From Haliotis rufescens (lineage: Eukaryota): a stretch of DNA of 64,000 bases. Both the position numbers and the translations under genes were made by a program. The notes beneath the pieces were generated by a model. It ran no database searches and had not been told where the DNA came from. It saw nothing but the letters and a program-made list of their open reading frames with translations. Of the stretch, positions 13,038 through 28,335 are shown piece after piece. How positions within the stretch are numbered: position 1 is the first letter of the stretch; each line of letters begins with the position of its first letter. The stretch lies in NCBI RefSeq assembly GCF_023055435.1, contig NW_025964383.1, forward strand, positions 17,298,001-17,362,000, read 5' to 3'.

Positions 13038-14966
13038 TTTCTAGGGCCTTCGGACACAACACTAGAATGCAGTCGGATGAAATACTACAGGAATTCAGTA
13101 GCGCCAAATTTGGATAATTGGAAAGTAGATGTGTTCGTTCTCACGGATTGAGATGAAGTGAAGGACTCCAGTCCGCGCAAAACATTTATACTGACCCTTA
13201 GTATAAACATAGTAGTGGAGATTTATAGATCAAAGAGAGCATTTTCGAAGCCAGTGGCGAGATCAAAGCTACACTGCAACTTCATTAGGCTTTGATCCGA
13301 AAGGAATCTCACTGTCCACTTGAGAAACCAATCAACTTCTTGTCAAAACAAGTTTCCGTATAAAGGGAGAGGTCTGAGAAGAGTTCAACCAATCTAGTCC
13401 TGTTATCTCCAGGGATTATCAATCATTGTTAATTGATTAAATCGGGATTGATCAAACGGCGCAGTACGTTGTGATACTTAAAAATCCGATGTGGTTACTT
13501 TCGCATCCACAGAAACCAAGTCACAGAAACTTCTATCAGCTTGGAAATCGTGTGATGCTTCTCTGAACGTTTAGTTTAATTAAAAAACCCGAGAAAACCA
13601 TGTCCACAATCCTAAGAAATCCTTACTCTGGTAGGCAAAGGCAAAGTGAATAAATGTACAGTCAAATCTTGAACTTATTGTACACATCTGTTTGAGGTCG
13701 TAAATGCTATGATAATCTGACCATTTTCCCAACCCGTCTTACATGATCGAAATACAGCACGTATGTTTTGAAGCATTTCAAATACTATTTTTTATGAATA
13801 CCATCATCATGGTATAATTGAAGCAGCTCATTTGGCTTAAGTATCTGGATATTAACCATCTTAGAAGCTTTTGGATGGACGTCGGCTACTTAAAAGGTTA
13901 CTATATAAATAAATAAATAGGCATGTACAATAAAGTTTATGTGTGTTAAATGATCTAGAGACATCATCTTCAGTGTATAACTGTCATGTTTTTGGGAGAA
14001 TTACAAAGCACGGTGTCATGATTTATATCTTTGAATACAGAATGCTGTTAAAGCACATGATGGAAATTGGAGTATGTTGCTAGATAAACATAAGCACGTT
14101 GTTAGCATTGTTTTTGAAAGATGCCCACTGTTTCATGTCAGGATATTCTGATCTTTACTTTTTAGTGCCTTTCAGGGGAATAGTATTCATCAAGTGCTGA
14201 CTTGGATCAGAAATGTTATTTGGCCTGTGTTGATGTCAATGTTTCAATTTCCTTTTGTTTTCCATGCTGTGTACATTGACAATTTTTAACATGCATGACT
14301 CTCTCCTTAAGCACTTGGGCATGTACATTTCAAAAGGAAAGAGAAACAATTAAATGCTCTGATAATATGAAATACAACATGACATATATATCTCGCAGAT
14401 CAATATCATATGGGGTTGTGGTTCGTCTGTCTAAATCCTTTTGCTATAGGATCGGCATGGATACGGAAAACGAATTGCAACGTTCCAAACTGTATTTAAT
14501 GTTATGGTGCAACCATTACATTGGAATCTCTTCTTCTCCATCATACCTAATGTCCAAATGTGTTTCATTTCAATTGATCTTATATTCAATAGTCTGTATC
14601 TTTTTCCTATTTCAAAGAATAGATTAAGGACGATATCTGCGAATGATTGCCATACTCAGAACCAAGTAAAATGATCGAAGGCTTGGTATTGTGAGATACC
14701 ATCTCAAATTAACCTTTTCTCTCTCTCACAAACTTTCTATACGAATGATGTCTTCAAGATGTCGTGAGCGTGTCAGCAAATGATCAATATTATAATATCG
14801 ACTTCATTATTTATTTCCTCAGCATATTCATCAACAAACAAATGTGGTTTACAATATAATAGGATGCCCTTTGCACACTGTCAGGCAACATTTGTGTACA
14901 ATAACAAAAAATGAATAACAAGGTAAATGCAGCACTAGTTGATGTGGATGGGACTTGTGATTTCCC

Positions 14967-15588
14967 TTAGGCGTTTCTATGAAGTGCACTGTCGTCTACA
15001 GACAAAGCTCGACTGAGAGTCGTCATATCGTAGCTGCTGTCGTTGCTGTATAGGTCTCCCTGGTCTTCGTCGTCCTCACTATATGAGCTGTCGGACAAGA
15101 GTTCCGTGAAGGAAGCTTCATCATCGTTGAAAGAGGTATCTGCATTCCAGTCCGCCTCCGAATCACTCTCTGCAGAAGCATCTTTGGTGATGGCGTTTAC
15201 ACAGGCTTGCACCTCTTGCCACTTGAGTTGTCTGTAGATGGTAAACATCTCCTTGACACCTTCCAGCACCCATCGTCTCTGGATCAGCTGTTCACCTCGG
15301 ATTATGCAGTTGTTGGAGGAGTTGGCTGTCATCTTCCGCATCAGATGGTAGACTTGGGTATCTGAAAACAATAAAACGGGTAATTAGAAATCTCGGTAAA
15401 TGTGTTCACAACAATGTCATTTTATTTTGTTCAATTCTAAAATTCAGTGTGATACCAATATTGCCATGTTTGCAGGGGACTGAAAAAGAGCACAGTTCAT
15501 ATTTACCTAATGTCAGGATCTCTTTCACTGCATTGTCGTGGGCAATAAGGAGACGTCTCAGCTTGATGGCAACTTGAACTGGATCCAT
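14967..15588 (-). CDS. Array gene copy 6 (two exons, 158 aa)
   Basis: Same structure and protein as copy 1. Confidence 0.78.
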
Positions 15589-17517
15589 TTTCTAGGGCCT
15601 TCGGACACAACACTAGAATGCAGTCGGATGAAATACTACAGGAATTCAGTAGCGCCAAATTTGGATAATTGGAAAGTAGATGTGTTCGTTCTCACGGATT
15701 GAGATGAAGTGAAGGACTCCAGTCCGCGCAAAACATTTATACTGACCCTTAGTATAAACATAGTAGTGGAGATTTATAGATCAAAGAGAGCATTTTCGAA
15801 GCCAGTGGCGAGATCAAAGCTACACTGCAACTTCATTAGGCTTTGATCCGAAAGGAATCTCACTGTCCACTTGAGAAACCAATCAACTTCTTGTCAAAAC
15901 AAGTTTCCGTATAAAGGGAGAGGTCTGAGAAGAGTTCAACCAATCTAGTCCTGTTATCTCCAGGGATTATCAATTATTGTTAATTGATTAAATCGGGATT
16001 GATCAAACGGCGCAGTACGTTGTGATACTTAAAAATCCGATGTGGTTACTTTCGCATCCACAGAAACCAAGTCACAGAAACTTCTATCAGCTTGGAAATC
16101 GTGTGATGCTTCTCTGAACGTTTAGTTTAATTAAAAAACCCGAGAAAACCATGTCCACAATCCTAAGAAATCCTTACTCTGGTAGGCAAAGGCAAAGTGA
16201 ATAAATGTACAGTCAAATCTTGAACTTATTGTACACATCTGTTTGAGGTCGTAAATGCTATGATAATCTGACCATTTTCCCAACCCGTCTTACATGATCG
16301 AAATACAGCACGTATGTTTTGAAGCATTTCAAATACTATTTTTTATGAATACCATCATCATGGTATAATTGAAGCAGCTCATTTGGCTTAAGTATCTGGA
16401 TATTAACCATCTTAGAAGCTTTTGGATGGACGTCGGCTACTTAAAAGGTTACTATATAAATAAATAAATAGGCATGTACAATAAAGTTTATGTGTGTTAA
16501 ATGATCTAGAGACATCATCTTCAGTGTATAACTGTCATGTTTTTGGGAGAATTACAAAGCACGGTGTCATGATTTATATCTTTGAATACAGAATGCTGTT
16601 AAAGCACATGATGGAAATTGGAGTATGTTGCTAGATAAACATAAGCACATTGTTAGCATTGTTTTTGAAAGATGCCCACTGTTTCATGTCAGGATATTCT
16701 GATCTTTACTTTTTAGTGCCTTTCAGGGGAATAGTATTCATCAAGTGCTGACTTGGATCAGAAATGTTATTTGGCCTGTGTTGATGTCAATGTTTCAATT
16801 TCCTTTTGTTTTCCATGCTGTCTACATTGACAATTTTTAACATGCATGACTCTCTCCTTAAGCACTTGGGCATGTACATTTCAAAAGGAAAGAGAAACAA
16901 TTAAATGCTCTGATAATATGAAATACAACATGACATATATATCTCGCAGATCAATATCATATGGGGTTGTGGTTCGTCTGTCTAAATCCTTTTGCTATAG
17001 GATCGGAATGGATACGGAAAACGAATTGCAACGTTCCAAACTGTATTTAATGTTATGGTGCAACCATTACATTGGAATCTCTTCTTCTCCATCATACCTA
17101 ATGTCCAAATGTGTTTCATTTCAATTGATCTTATATTCAATAGTCTGTATCTTTTTCCTATTTCAAAGAATAGATTAAGGACGATATCTGCGAATGATTG
17201 CCATACTCAGAACCAAGTAAAATGATCGAAGGCTTGGTATTGTGAGATACCATCTCAAATTAACCTTTTCTCTCTCTCACAAACTTTCTATACGAATGAT
17301 GTCTTCAAGATGTCGTGAGCGTGTCAGCAAATGATCAATATTATAATATCGACTTCATTATTTATTTCCTCAGCATATTCATCAACAAACAAATGTGGTT
17401 TACAATATAATAGGATGCCCTTTGCACACTGTCAGGCAACATTTGTGTACAATAACAAAAAATGAATAACAAGGTAAATGCAGCACTAGTTGATGTGGAT
17501 GGGTCTTGTGATTTCCC

Positions 17518-18139
17518 TTAGGCGTTTCTATGAAGTGCACTGTCGTCTACAGACAAAGCTCGACTGAGAGTCGTCATATCGTAGCTGCTGTCGTTGCTGT
17601 ATAGGTCTCCCTGGTCTTCGTCGTCCTCACTATATGAGCTGTCGGACAAGAGTTCAGTGAAGGAAGCTTCATCATCGTTGAAAGAGGTATCTGCATTCCA
17701 GTCCGCCTCCGAATCACTCTCTGCAGAAGCATCTTTGGTGATGGCGTTTACACAGGCTTGCACCTCTTGCCACTTGAGTTGTCTGTAGATGGTAAACATC
17801 TCCTTGACACCTTCCAGCACCCATCGTCTCTGGATCAGCTGTTCACCTCGGATTATGCAGTTGTTGGAGGAGTTGGCTGTCATCTTCCGCATCAGATGGT
17901 AGACTTGGGTATCTGAAAACAATAAAACGGGTAATTAGAAATCTCGCTAAATGTGTTCACAACAATGTCATTTTATTTTGTTCAATTCTAAAATTCAGTG
18001 TGATACCAATATTGCCATGTTTGCAGGGGACTGAAAAAGAGCACAGTTCATATTTACCTAATGTCAGGATCTCTTTCACTGCATTGTCGTGGGCAATAAG
18101 GAGACGTCTCAGCTTGATGGCAACTTGAACTGGATCCAT
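17518..18139 (-). CDS. Array gene copy 7 (two exons, 158 aa)
   Basis: Same structure and protein as copy 1. Confidence 0.78.
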
Positions 18140-20068
18140 TTTCTAGGGCCTTCGGACACAACACTAGAATGCAGTCGGATGAAATACTACAGGAATTCAG
18201 TAGCGCCAAATTTGGATAATTGGAAAGTAGATGGGTTCGTTCTCACGGATTGAGATGAAGTGAAGGACTCCAGTCCGCGCAAAACATTTATACTGACCCT
18301 TAGTATAAACATAGTAGTGGAGATTTATAGATCAAAGAGAGCATTTTCGAAGCCAGTGGCGAGATCAAAGCTACACTGCAACTTCATTAGGCTTTGATCC
18401 GAAAGGAATCTCACTGTCCACTTGAGAAACCAATCAACTTCTTGTCAAAACAAGTTTCCGTATAAAGGGAGAGGTCTGAGAAGAGTTCAACCAATCTAGT
18501 CCTGTTATCTCCAGGGATTATCAATCATTGTTAATTGATTAAATCGGGATTGATCAAACGGCGCAGTACGTTGTGATACTTAAAAATCCGATGTGGTTAC
18601 TTTCGCATCCACAGAAACCAAGTCACAGAAACTTCTATCAGCTTGGAAATCGTGTGATGCTTCTCTGAACGTTTAGTTTAATTAAAAAACCCGAGAAAAC
18701 CATGTCCACAATCCTAAGAAATCCTTACTCTGGTAGGCAAAGGCAAAGTGAATAAATGTACAGTCAAATCTTGAACTTATTGTACACATCTGTTTGAGGT
18801 CGTAAATGCTATGATAATCTGACCATTTTCCCAACCCGTCTTACATGATCGAAATACAGCACGTATGTTTTGAAGCATTTCAAATACTATTTTTTATGAA
18901 TACCATCATCATGGTATAATTGAAGCAGCTCATTTGGCTTAAGTATCTGGATATTAACCATCTTAGAAGCTTTTGGATGGACGTCGGCTACTTAAAAGGT
19001 TACTATATAAATAAATAAATAGGCATGTACAATAAAGTTTATGTGTGTTAAATGATCTAGAGACATCATCTTCAGTGTATAACTGTCATGTTTTTGGGAG
19101 AATTACAAAGCACGGTGTCATGATTTATATCTTTGAATACAGAATGCTGTTAAAGCACATGATGGAAATTGGAGTATGTTGCTAGATAAACATAAGCACG
19201 TTGTTAGCATTGTTTTTGAAAGATGCCCACTGTTTCATGTCAGGATATTCTGATCTTTACTTTTTAGTGCCTTTCAGGGGAATAAGATTCATCAAGTGCT
19301 GACTTGGATCAGAAATGTTATTTGGCCTGTGTTGATGTCAATGTTTCAATTTCCTTTTGTTTTCCATGCTGTCTACATTGACAATTTTTAACATGCATGA
19401 CTCTCTCCGTAAGCACTTGGGCATGTACATTTCAAAAGGAAAGAGAAACAATTAAATGCTCTGATAATATGAAATACAACATGACATATATATCTCGCAG
19501 ATCAATATCATATGGGGTTGTGGTTCGTCTGTCTAAATCCTTTTGCTATAGGATCGGCATGGATACGGAAAACGAATTGCAACGTTCCAAACTGTATTTA
19601 ATGTTATGGTGCAACCATTACATTGGAATCTCTTCTTCTCCATCATACCTAATGTCCAAATGTGTTTCATTTCAATTGATCTTATATTCAATAGTCTGTA
19701 TCTTTTTCCTATTTCAAAGAATAGATTAAGGACGATATCTGCGAATGATTGCCATACTCAGAACCAAGTAAAATGATCGAAGGCTTGGTATTGTGAGATA
19801 CCATCTCAAATTAACCTTTTCTCTCTCTCACAAACTTTCTATACGAATGATGTCTTCAAGATGTCGTGAGCGTGTCAGCAAATGATCAATATTATAATAT
19901 CGACTTCATTATTTATTTCCTCAGCATATTCATCAACAAACAAATGTGGTTTACAATATAATAGGATGCCCTTTGCACACTGTCAGGCAACATTTGTGTA
20001 CAATAACAAAAAATGAATAACAAGGTAAATGCAGCACTAGTTGATGTGGATGGGACTTGTGATTTCCC

Positions 20069-20681
20069 TTAGGCGTTTCTATGAAGTGCACTGTCGTCTA
20101 CAGACAAAGCTCGACTGAGAGTCGTCATATCGTAGCTGCTGTCGTTGCTGTATAGGTCTCCCTGGTCCTCACTATATGAGCTGTCGGACAAGAGTTCCGT
20201 GAAGGAAGCTTCATCATCGTTGAAAGAGGTATCTGCATTCCAGTCCGCCTCCGAATCACTCTCTGCAGAAGCATCTTTGGTGATGGCGTTTACACAGGCT
20301 TGCACCTCTTGCCACTTGAGTTGTCTGTAGATGGTAAACATCTCCTTGACACCTTCCAGCACCCATCGTCTCTGGATCAGCTGTTCACCTCGGATTATGC
20401 AGTTGTTGGAGGAGTTGGCTGTCATCTTCCCCATCAGATGGTAGACTTGGGTATCTGAAAACAATAAAACGGGTAATTAGAAATCTCGCTAAATGTGTTC
20501 ACAACAATGTCATTTTATTTTGTTCAATTCTAAAATTCAGTGTGATACCAATATTGCCATGTTTGCAGGGGACTGAAAAAGAGCACAGTTCATATTTACC
20601 TAATGTCAGGATCTCTTTCACTGCATTGTCGTGGGCAATAAGGAGACGTCTCAGCTTGATGGCAACTTGAACTGGATCCAT
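20069..20681 (-). CDS. Array gene copy 8 (155 aa; in-frame 9-bp deletion in the acidic tail, R to G variant)
   Basis: SEDDEDQ becomes SEDQ; frame preserved. Confidence 0.78.
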
Positions 20682-22610
20682 TTTCTAGGGCCTTCGGACA
20701 CAACACTAGAATGCAGTCGGATGAAATACTACAGGAATTCAGTAGCGCCAAATTTGGATAATTGGAAAGTAGATGTGTTCGTTCTCACGGATTGAGATGA
20801 AGTGAAGGACTCCAGTCCGCGCAAAACATTTATACTGACCCTTAGTATAAACATAGTAGTGGAGATTTATAGATCAAAGAGAGCATTTTCGAAGCCAGTG
20901 GCGAGATCAAAGCTACACTGCAACTTCATTAGGCTTTGATCCGAAAGGAATCTCACTGTCCACTTGAGAAACCAATCAACTTCTTGTCAAAACAAGTTTC
21001 CGTATAAAGGGAGAGGTCTGAGAAGAGTTCAACCAATCTAGTCCTGTTATCTCCAGGGATTATCAATCATTGTTAATTGATTAAATCGGGATTGATCAAA
21101 CGGCGCAGTACGTTGTGATACTTAAAAATCCGATGTGGTTACTTTCGCATCCACAGAAACCAAGTCACAGAAACTTCTATCAGCTTGGAAATCGTGTGAT
21201 GCTTCTCTGAACGTTTAGTTTAATTAAAAAACCCGAGAAAACCATGTCCACAATCCTAAGAAATCCTTACTCTGGTAGGCAAAGGCAAAGTGAATAAATG
21301 TACAGTCAAATCTTGAACTTATTGTACACATCTGTTTGAGGTCGTAAATGCTATGATAATCTGACCATTTTCCCAACCCGTCTTACATGATCGAAATACA
21401 GCACGTATGTTTTGAAGCATTTCAAATACTATTTTTTATGAATACCATCATCATGGTATAATTGAAGCAGCTCATTTGGCTTAAGTATCTGGATATTAAC
21501 CATCTTAGAAGCTTTTGGATGGACGTCGGCTACTTAAAAGGTTACTATATAAATAAATAAATAGGCATGTACAATAAAGTTTATGTGTGTTAAATGATCT
21601 AGAGACATCATCTTCAGTGTATAACTGTCATGTTTTTGGGAGAATTACAAAGCACGGTGTCATGATTTATATCTTTGAATACAGAATGCTGTTAAAGCAC
21701 ATGATGGAAATTGGAGTATGTTGCTAGATAAACATAAGCACGTTGTTAGCATTGTTTTTGAAAGATGCCCACTGTTTCATGTCAGGATATTCTGATCTTT
21801 ACTTTTTAGTGCCTTTCAGGGGAATAGTATTCATCAAGTGCTGACTTGGATCAGAAATGTTATTTGGCCTGTGTTGATGTCAATGTTTCAATTTCCTTTT
21901 GTTTTCCATGCTGTCTACATTGACAATTTTTAACATGCATGACTCTCTCCTTAAGCACTTGGGCATGTACATTTCAAAAGGAAAGAGAAACAATTAAATG
22001 CTCTGATAATATGAAATACAACATGACATATATATCTCGCAGATCAATATCATATAGGGTTGTGGTTCGCCTGTCTAAATCCTTTTGCTATAGGATCGGC
22101 ATGGATACGGAAAACGAATTGCAACGTTCCAAACTGTATTTAATGTTATGGTGCAACCATTACATTGGAATCTCTTCTTCTCCATCATACCTAATGTCCA
22201 AATGTGTTTCATTTCAATTGATCTTATATTCAATAGTCTGTATCTTTTTCCTATTTCAAAGAATAGATTAAGGACGATATCTGCGAATGATTGCCATACT
22301 CAGAACCAAGTAAAATGATCGAAGGCTTGGTATTGTGAGATACCATCTCAAATTAACCTTTTCTCTCTCTCACAAACTTTCTATACGAATGATGTCTTCA
22401 AGATGTCGTGAGCGTGTCAGCAAATGATCAATATTATAATATCGACTTCATTATTTATTTCCTCAGCATATTCATCAACAAACAAATGTGGTTTACAATA
22501 TAATAGGATGCCCTTTGCACACTGTCAGGCAACATTTGTGTACAATAACAAAAAATGAATAACAAGGTAAATGCAGCACTAGTTGATGTGGATGGGACTT
22601 GTGATTTCCC

Positions 22611-23232
22611 TTAGGCGTTTCTATGAAGTGCACTGTCGTCTACAGACAAAGCTCGACTGAGAGTCGTCATATCGTAGCTGCTGTCGTTGCTGTATAGGTC
22701 TCCCTGGTCTTCGTCGTCCTCACTATATGAGCTGTCGGACAAGAGTTCCGTGAAGGAAGCTTCATCATCGTTGAAAGAGGTATCTGCATTCCAGTCCGCC
22801 TCCGAATCACTCTCTGCAGAAGCATCTTTGGTGATGGCGTTTACACAGGCTTGCACCTCTTGCCACTTGAGTTGTCTGTAGATGGTAAACATCTCCTTGA
22901 CACCTTCCAGCACCCATCGTCTCTGGATCAGCTGTTCACCTCGGATTATGCAGTTGTTGGAGGAGTTGGCTGTCATCTTCCCCATCAGATGGTAGACTTG
23001 GGTATCTGAAAACAATAAAACGGGTAATTAGAAATCTCGCTAAATGTGTTCACAACAATGTCATTTTATTTTGTTCAATTCTAAAATTCAGTGTGATACC
23101 AATATTGCCATGTTTGCAGGGGACTGAAAAAGAGCACAGTTCATATTTACCTAATGTCAGGATCTCTTTCACTGCATTGTCGTGGGCAATAAGGAGACGT
23201 CTCAGCTTGATGGCAACTTGAACTGGATCCAT
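22611..23232 (-). CDS. Array gene copy 9 (158 aa, R to G variant)
   Basis: Same structure as copy 1. Confidence 0.78.
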
Positions 23233-25162
23233 TTTCTAGGGCCTTCGGACACAACACTAGAATGCAGTCGGATGAAATACTACAGGAATTCAGTAGCGCC
23301 AAATTTGGATAATTGGAAAGTAGATGTGTTCGTTCTCACGGATTGAGATGAAGTGAAGGACTCCAGTCCGCGCAAAACATTTATACTGACCCTTAGTATA
23401 AACATAGTAGTGGAGATTTATAGATCAAAGAGAGCATTTTCGAAGCCAGTGGCGAGATCAAAGCTATACTGCAACTTCAATAGGCTTTGATCCGAAAGGA
23501 ATCTCACTGTCCACTTGAGAAACCAATCAACTTCTTGTCAAAACAAGTTTCCGTATAAAGGGAGAGGTCTGAGAAGAGTTCAACCAATCTAGTCCTGTTA
23601 TCTCCAGGGATTATCAATCATTGTTAATTGATTAAATCGGGATTGATCAAACGGCGCAGTACGTTGTGATACTTAAAAATCCGATGTGGTTACTTTCGCA
23701 TCCACAGAAACCAAGTCACAGAAACTTCTATCAGCTTGGAAATCGTGTGATGCTTCTCTGAACGTTTAGTTTCAATTAAAAAACCCGAGAAAACCATGTC
23801 CACAATCCTAAGAAATCCTTACTCTGGTAGGCAAAGGCAAAGTGAATAAATGTACAGTCAAATCTTGAACTTATTGTACACATCTGTTTGAGGTCGTAAA
23901 TGCTATGATAATCTGACCATTTTCCCAACCCGTCTTACATGATCGAAATACAGCACGTATGTTTTGAAGCATTTCAAATACTATTTTTTATGAATACCAT
24001 CATCATGGTATAATTGAAGCAGCTCATTTGGCTTAAGTATCTGGATATTAACCATCTTAGAAGCTTTTGGATGGACGTCGGCTACTTAAAAGGTTACTAT
24101 ATAAATAAATAAATAGGCATGTACAATAAAGTTTATGTGTGTTAAATGATCTAGAGACATCATCTTCAGTGTATAACTGTCATGTTTTTGGGAGAATTAC
24201 AAAGCACGGTGTCATGATTTATATCTTTGAATACAGAATGCTGTTAAAGCACATGATGGAAATTGGAGTATGTTGCTAGATAAACATAAGCACGTTGTTA
24301 GCATTGTTTTTGAAAGATGCCCACTGTTTCATGTCAGGATATTCTGATCTGTACTTTTTAGTGCCTTTCAGGGGAATAGTATTCATCAAGTGCTGACTTG
24401 GATCAGAAATGTTATTTGGCCTGTGTTGATGTCAATGTTTCAATTTCCTTTTGTTTTCCATGCTGTCTACATTGACAATTTTTAACATGCATGACTCTCT
24501 CCTTAAGCACTTGGGCATGTACATTTCAAAAGGAAAGAGAAACAATTAAATGCTCTGATAATATGAAATACAACATGACATATATATCTCGCAGATCAAT
24601 ATCATATGGGGTTGTGGTTCGTCTGTCTAAATCCTTTTGCTATAGGATCGGCATGGATACGGAAAACGAATTGCAACGTTCCAAACTGTATTTAATGTTA
24701 TGGTGCAACCATTACATTGGAATCTCTTCTTCTCCATCATACCTAATGTCCAAATGTGTTTCATTTCAATTGATCTTATATTCAATAGTCTGTATCTTTT
24801 TCCTATTTCAAAGAATAGATTAAGGACGATATCTGCGAATGATTGCCATACTCAGAACCAAGTAAAATGATCGAAGGCTTGGTATTGTGAGATACCATCT
24901 CAAATTAACCTTTTCTCTCTCTCACAAACTTTCTATACGAATGATGTCTTCAAGATGTCGTGAGCGTGTCAGCAAATGATCAATATTATAATATCGACTT
25001 CATTATTTATTTCCTCAGCATATTCATCAACAAACAAATGTGGTTTACAATATAATAGGATGCCCTTTGCACACTGTCAGGCAACATTTGTGTACAATAA
25101 CAAAAAATGAATAACAAGGTAAATGCAGCACTAGTTGATGTGGATGGGACTTGTGATTTCCC

Positions 25163-25784
25163 TTAGGCGTTTCTATGAAGTGCACTGTCGTCTACAGACA
25201 AAGCTCGACTGAGAGTCGTCATATCGTAGCTGCTGTCGTTGCTGTATAGGTCTCCCTGGTCTTCGTCGTCCTCACTATATGAGCTGTCGGACAAGAGTTC
25301 CGTGAAGGAAGCTTCATCATCGTTGAAAGAGGTATCTGCATTCCAGTCCGCCTCCGAATCACTCTCTGCAGAAGCATCTTTGGTGATGGCGTTTACACAG
25401 GCTTGCACCTCTTGCCACTTGAGTTGTCTGTAGATGGTAAACATCTCCTTGACACCTTCCAGCACCCATCGTCTCTGGATCAGCTGTTCACCTCGGATTA
25501 TGCAGTTGTTGGAGGAGTTGGCTGTCATCTTCCGCATCAGATGGTAGACTTGGGTATCTGAAAACAATAAAACGGGTAATTAGAAATCTCGGTAAATGTG
25601 TTCACAACAATGTCATTTTATTTTGTTCAATTCTAAAATTCAGTGTGATACCAATATTGCCATGTTTGCAGGGGACTGAAAAAGAGCACAGTTCATATTT
25701 ACCTAATGTCAGGATCTCTTTCACTGCATTGTCGTGGGCAATAAGGAGACGTCTCAGCTTGATGGCAACTTGAACTGGATCCAT
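25163..25784 (-). CDS. Array gene copy 10 (two exons, 158 aa)
   Basis: Same structure and protein as copy 1. Confidence 0.78.
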
Positions 25785-27713
25785 TTTCTAGGGCCTTCGG
25801 ACACAACACTAGAATGCAGTCGGATGAAATACTACAGGAATTCAGTAGCGCCAAATTTGGATAATTGGAAAGTAGATGTGTTCGTTCTCACGGATTGAGA
25901 TGAAGTGAAGGACTCCAGTCCGCGCAAAACATTTATACTGACCCTTAGTATAAACATAGTAGTGGAGATTTATAGATCAAAGAGAGCATTTTCGAAGCCA
26001 GTGGCGAGATCAAAGCTACACTGCAACTTCATTAGGCTTTGATCCGAAAGGAATCTCACTGTCCACTTGAGAAACCAATCAACTTCTTGTCAAAACAAGT
26101 TTCCGTATAAAGGGAGAGGTCTGAGAAGAGTTCAACCAATCTAGTCCTGTTATCTCCAGGGATTATCAATCATTGTTAATTGATTAAATCGGGATTGATC
26201 AAACGGCGCAGTACGTTGTGATACTTAAAAATCCGATGTGGTTACTTTCGCATCCACAGAAACCAAGTCACAGAAACTTCTATCAGCTTGGAAATCGTGT
26301 GATGCTTCTCTGAACGTTTAGTTTAATTAAAAAACCCGAGAAAACCATGTCCACAATCCTAAGAAATCCTTACTCTGGTAGGCAAAGGCAAAGTGAATAA
26401 ATGTACAGTCAAATCTTGAACTTATTGTACACATCTGTTTGAGGTCGTAAATGCTATGATAATCTGACCATTTTCCCAACCCGTCTTACATGATCGAAAT
26501 ACAGCACGTATGTTTTGAAGCATTTCAAATACTATTTTTTATGAATACCATCATCATGGTATAATTGAAGCAGCTCATTTGGCTTAAGTATCTGGATATT
26601 AACCATCTTAGAAGCTTTTGGATGGACGTCGGCTACTTAAAAGGTTACTATATAAATAAATAAATAGGCATGTACAATAAAGTTTATGTGTGTTAAATGA
26701 TCTAGAGACATCATCTTCAGTGTATAACTGTCATGTTTTTGGGAGAATTACAAAGCACGGTGTCATGATTTATATCTTTGAATACAGAATGCTGTTAAAG
26801 CACATGATGGAAATTGGAGTATGTTGCTAGATAAACATAAGCACGTTGTTAGCATTGTTTTTGAAAGATGCCCACTGTTTCATGTCAGGATATTCTGATC
26901 TTTACTTTTTAGTGCCTTTCAGGGGAATAGTATTCATCAAGTGCTGACTTGGATCAGAAATGTTATTTGGCCTGTGTTGATGTCAATGTTTCAATTTCCT
27001 TTTGTTTTCCATGCTGTCTACATTGACAATTTTTAACATGCATGACTCTCTCCTTAAGCACTTGGGCATGTACATTTCAAAAGGAAAGAGAAACAATTAA
27101 ATGCTCTGATAATATGAAATACAACATGACATATATATCTCGCAGATCAATATCATATGGGGTTGTGGTTCGTCTGTCTAAATCCTTTTGCTATAGGATC
27201 GGCATGGATACGGAAAACGAATTGCAACGTTCCAAACTGTATTTAATGTTATGGTGCAACCATTACATTGGAATCTCTTCTTCTCCATCATACCTAATGT
27301 CCAAATGTGTTTCATTTCAATTGATCTTATATTCAATAGTCTGTATCTTTTTCCTATTTCAAAGAATAGATTAAGGACGATATCTGCGAATGATTGCCAT
27401 ACTCAGAACCAAGTAAAATGATCGAAGGCTTGGTATTGTGAGATACCATCTCAAATTAACCTTTTCTCTCTCTCACAAACTTTCTATACGAATGATGTCT
27501 TCAAGATGTCGTGAGCGTGTCAGCAAATGATCAAGATTATAATATCGACTTCATTATTTATTTCCTCAGCATATTCATCAACAAACAAATGTGGTTTACA
27601 ATATAATAGGATGCCCTTTGCACACTGTCAGGCAACATTTGTGTACAATAACAAAAAATGAATAACAAGGTAAATGCAGCACTAGTTGATGTGGATGGGA
27701 CTTGTGATTTCCC

Positions 27714-28335
27714 TTAGGCGTTTCTATGAAGTGCACTGTCGTCTACAGACAAAGCTCGACTGAGAGTCGTCATATCGTAGCTGCTGTCGTTGCTGTATAG
27801 GTCTCCCTGGTCTTCGTCGTCCTCACTATATGAGCTGTCGGACAAGAGTTCCGTGAAGGAAGCTTCATCATCGTTGAAAGAGGTATCTGCATTCCAGTCC
27901 GCCTCCGAATCACTCTCTGCAGAAGCATCTTTGGTGATGGCGTTTACACAGGCTTGCACCTCTTGCCACTTGAGTTGTCTGTAGATGGTAAACATCTCCT
28001 TGACACCTTCCAGCACCCATCGTCTCTGGATCAGCTGTTCACCTCGGATTATGCAGTTGTTGGAGGAGTTGGCTGTCATCTTCCGCATCAGATGGTAGAC
28101 TTGGGTATCTGAAAACAATAAAACGGGTAATTAGAAATCTCGGTAAATGTGTTCACAACAATGTCATTTTATTTTGTTCAATTCTAAAATTCAGTGTGAT
28201 ACCAATATTGCCATGTTTGCAGGGGACTGAAAAAGAGCACAGTTCATATTTACCTAATGTCAGGATCTCTTTCACTGCATTGTCGTGGGCAATAAGGAGA
28301 CGTCTCAGCTTGATGGCAACTTGAACTGGATCCAT
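27714..28335 (-). CDS. Array gene copy 11 (two exons, 158 aa)
   Basis: Same structure and protein as copy 1. Confidence 0.78.
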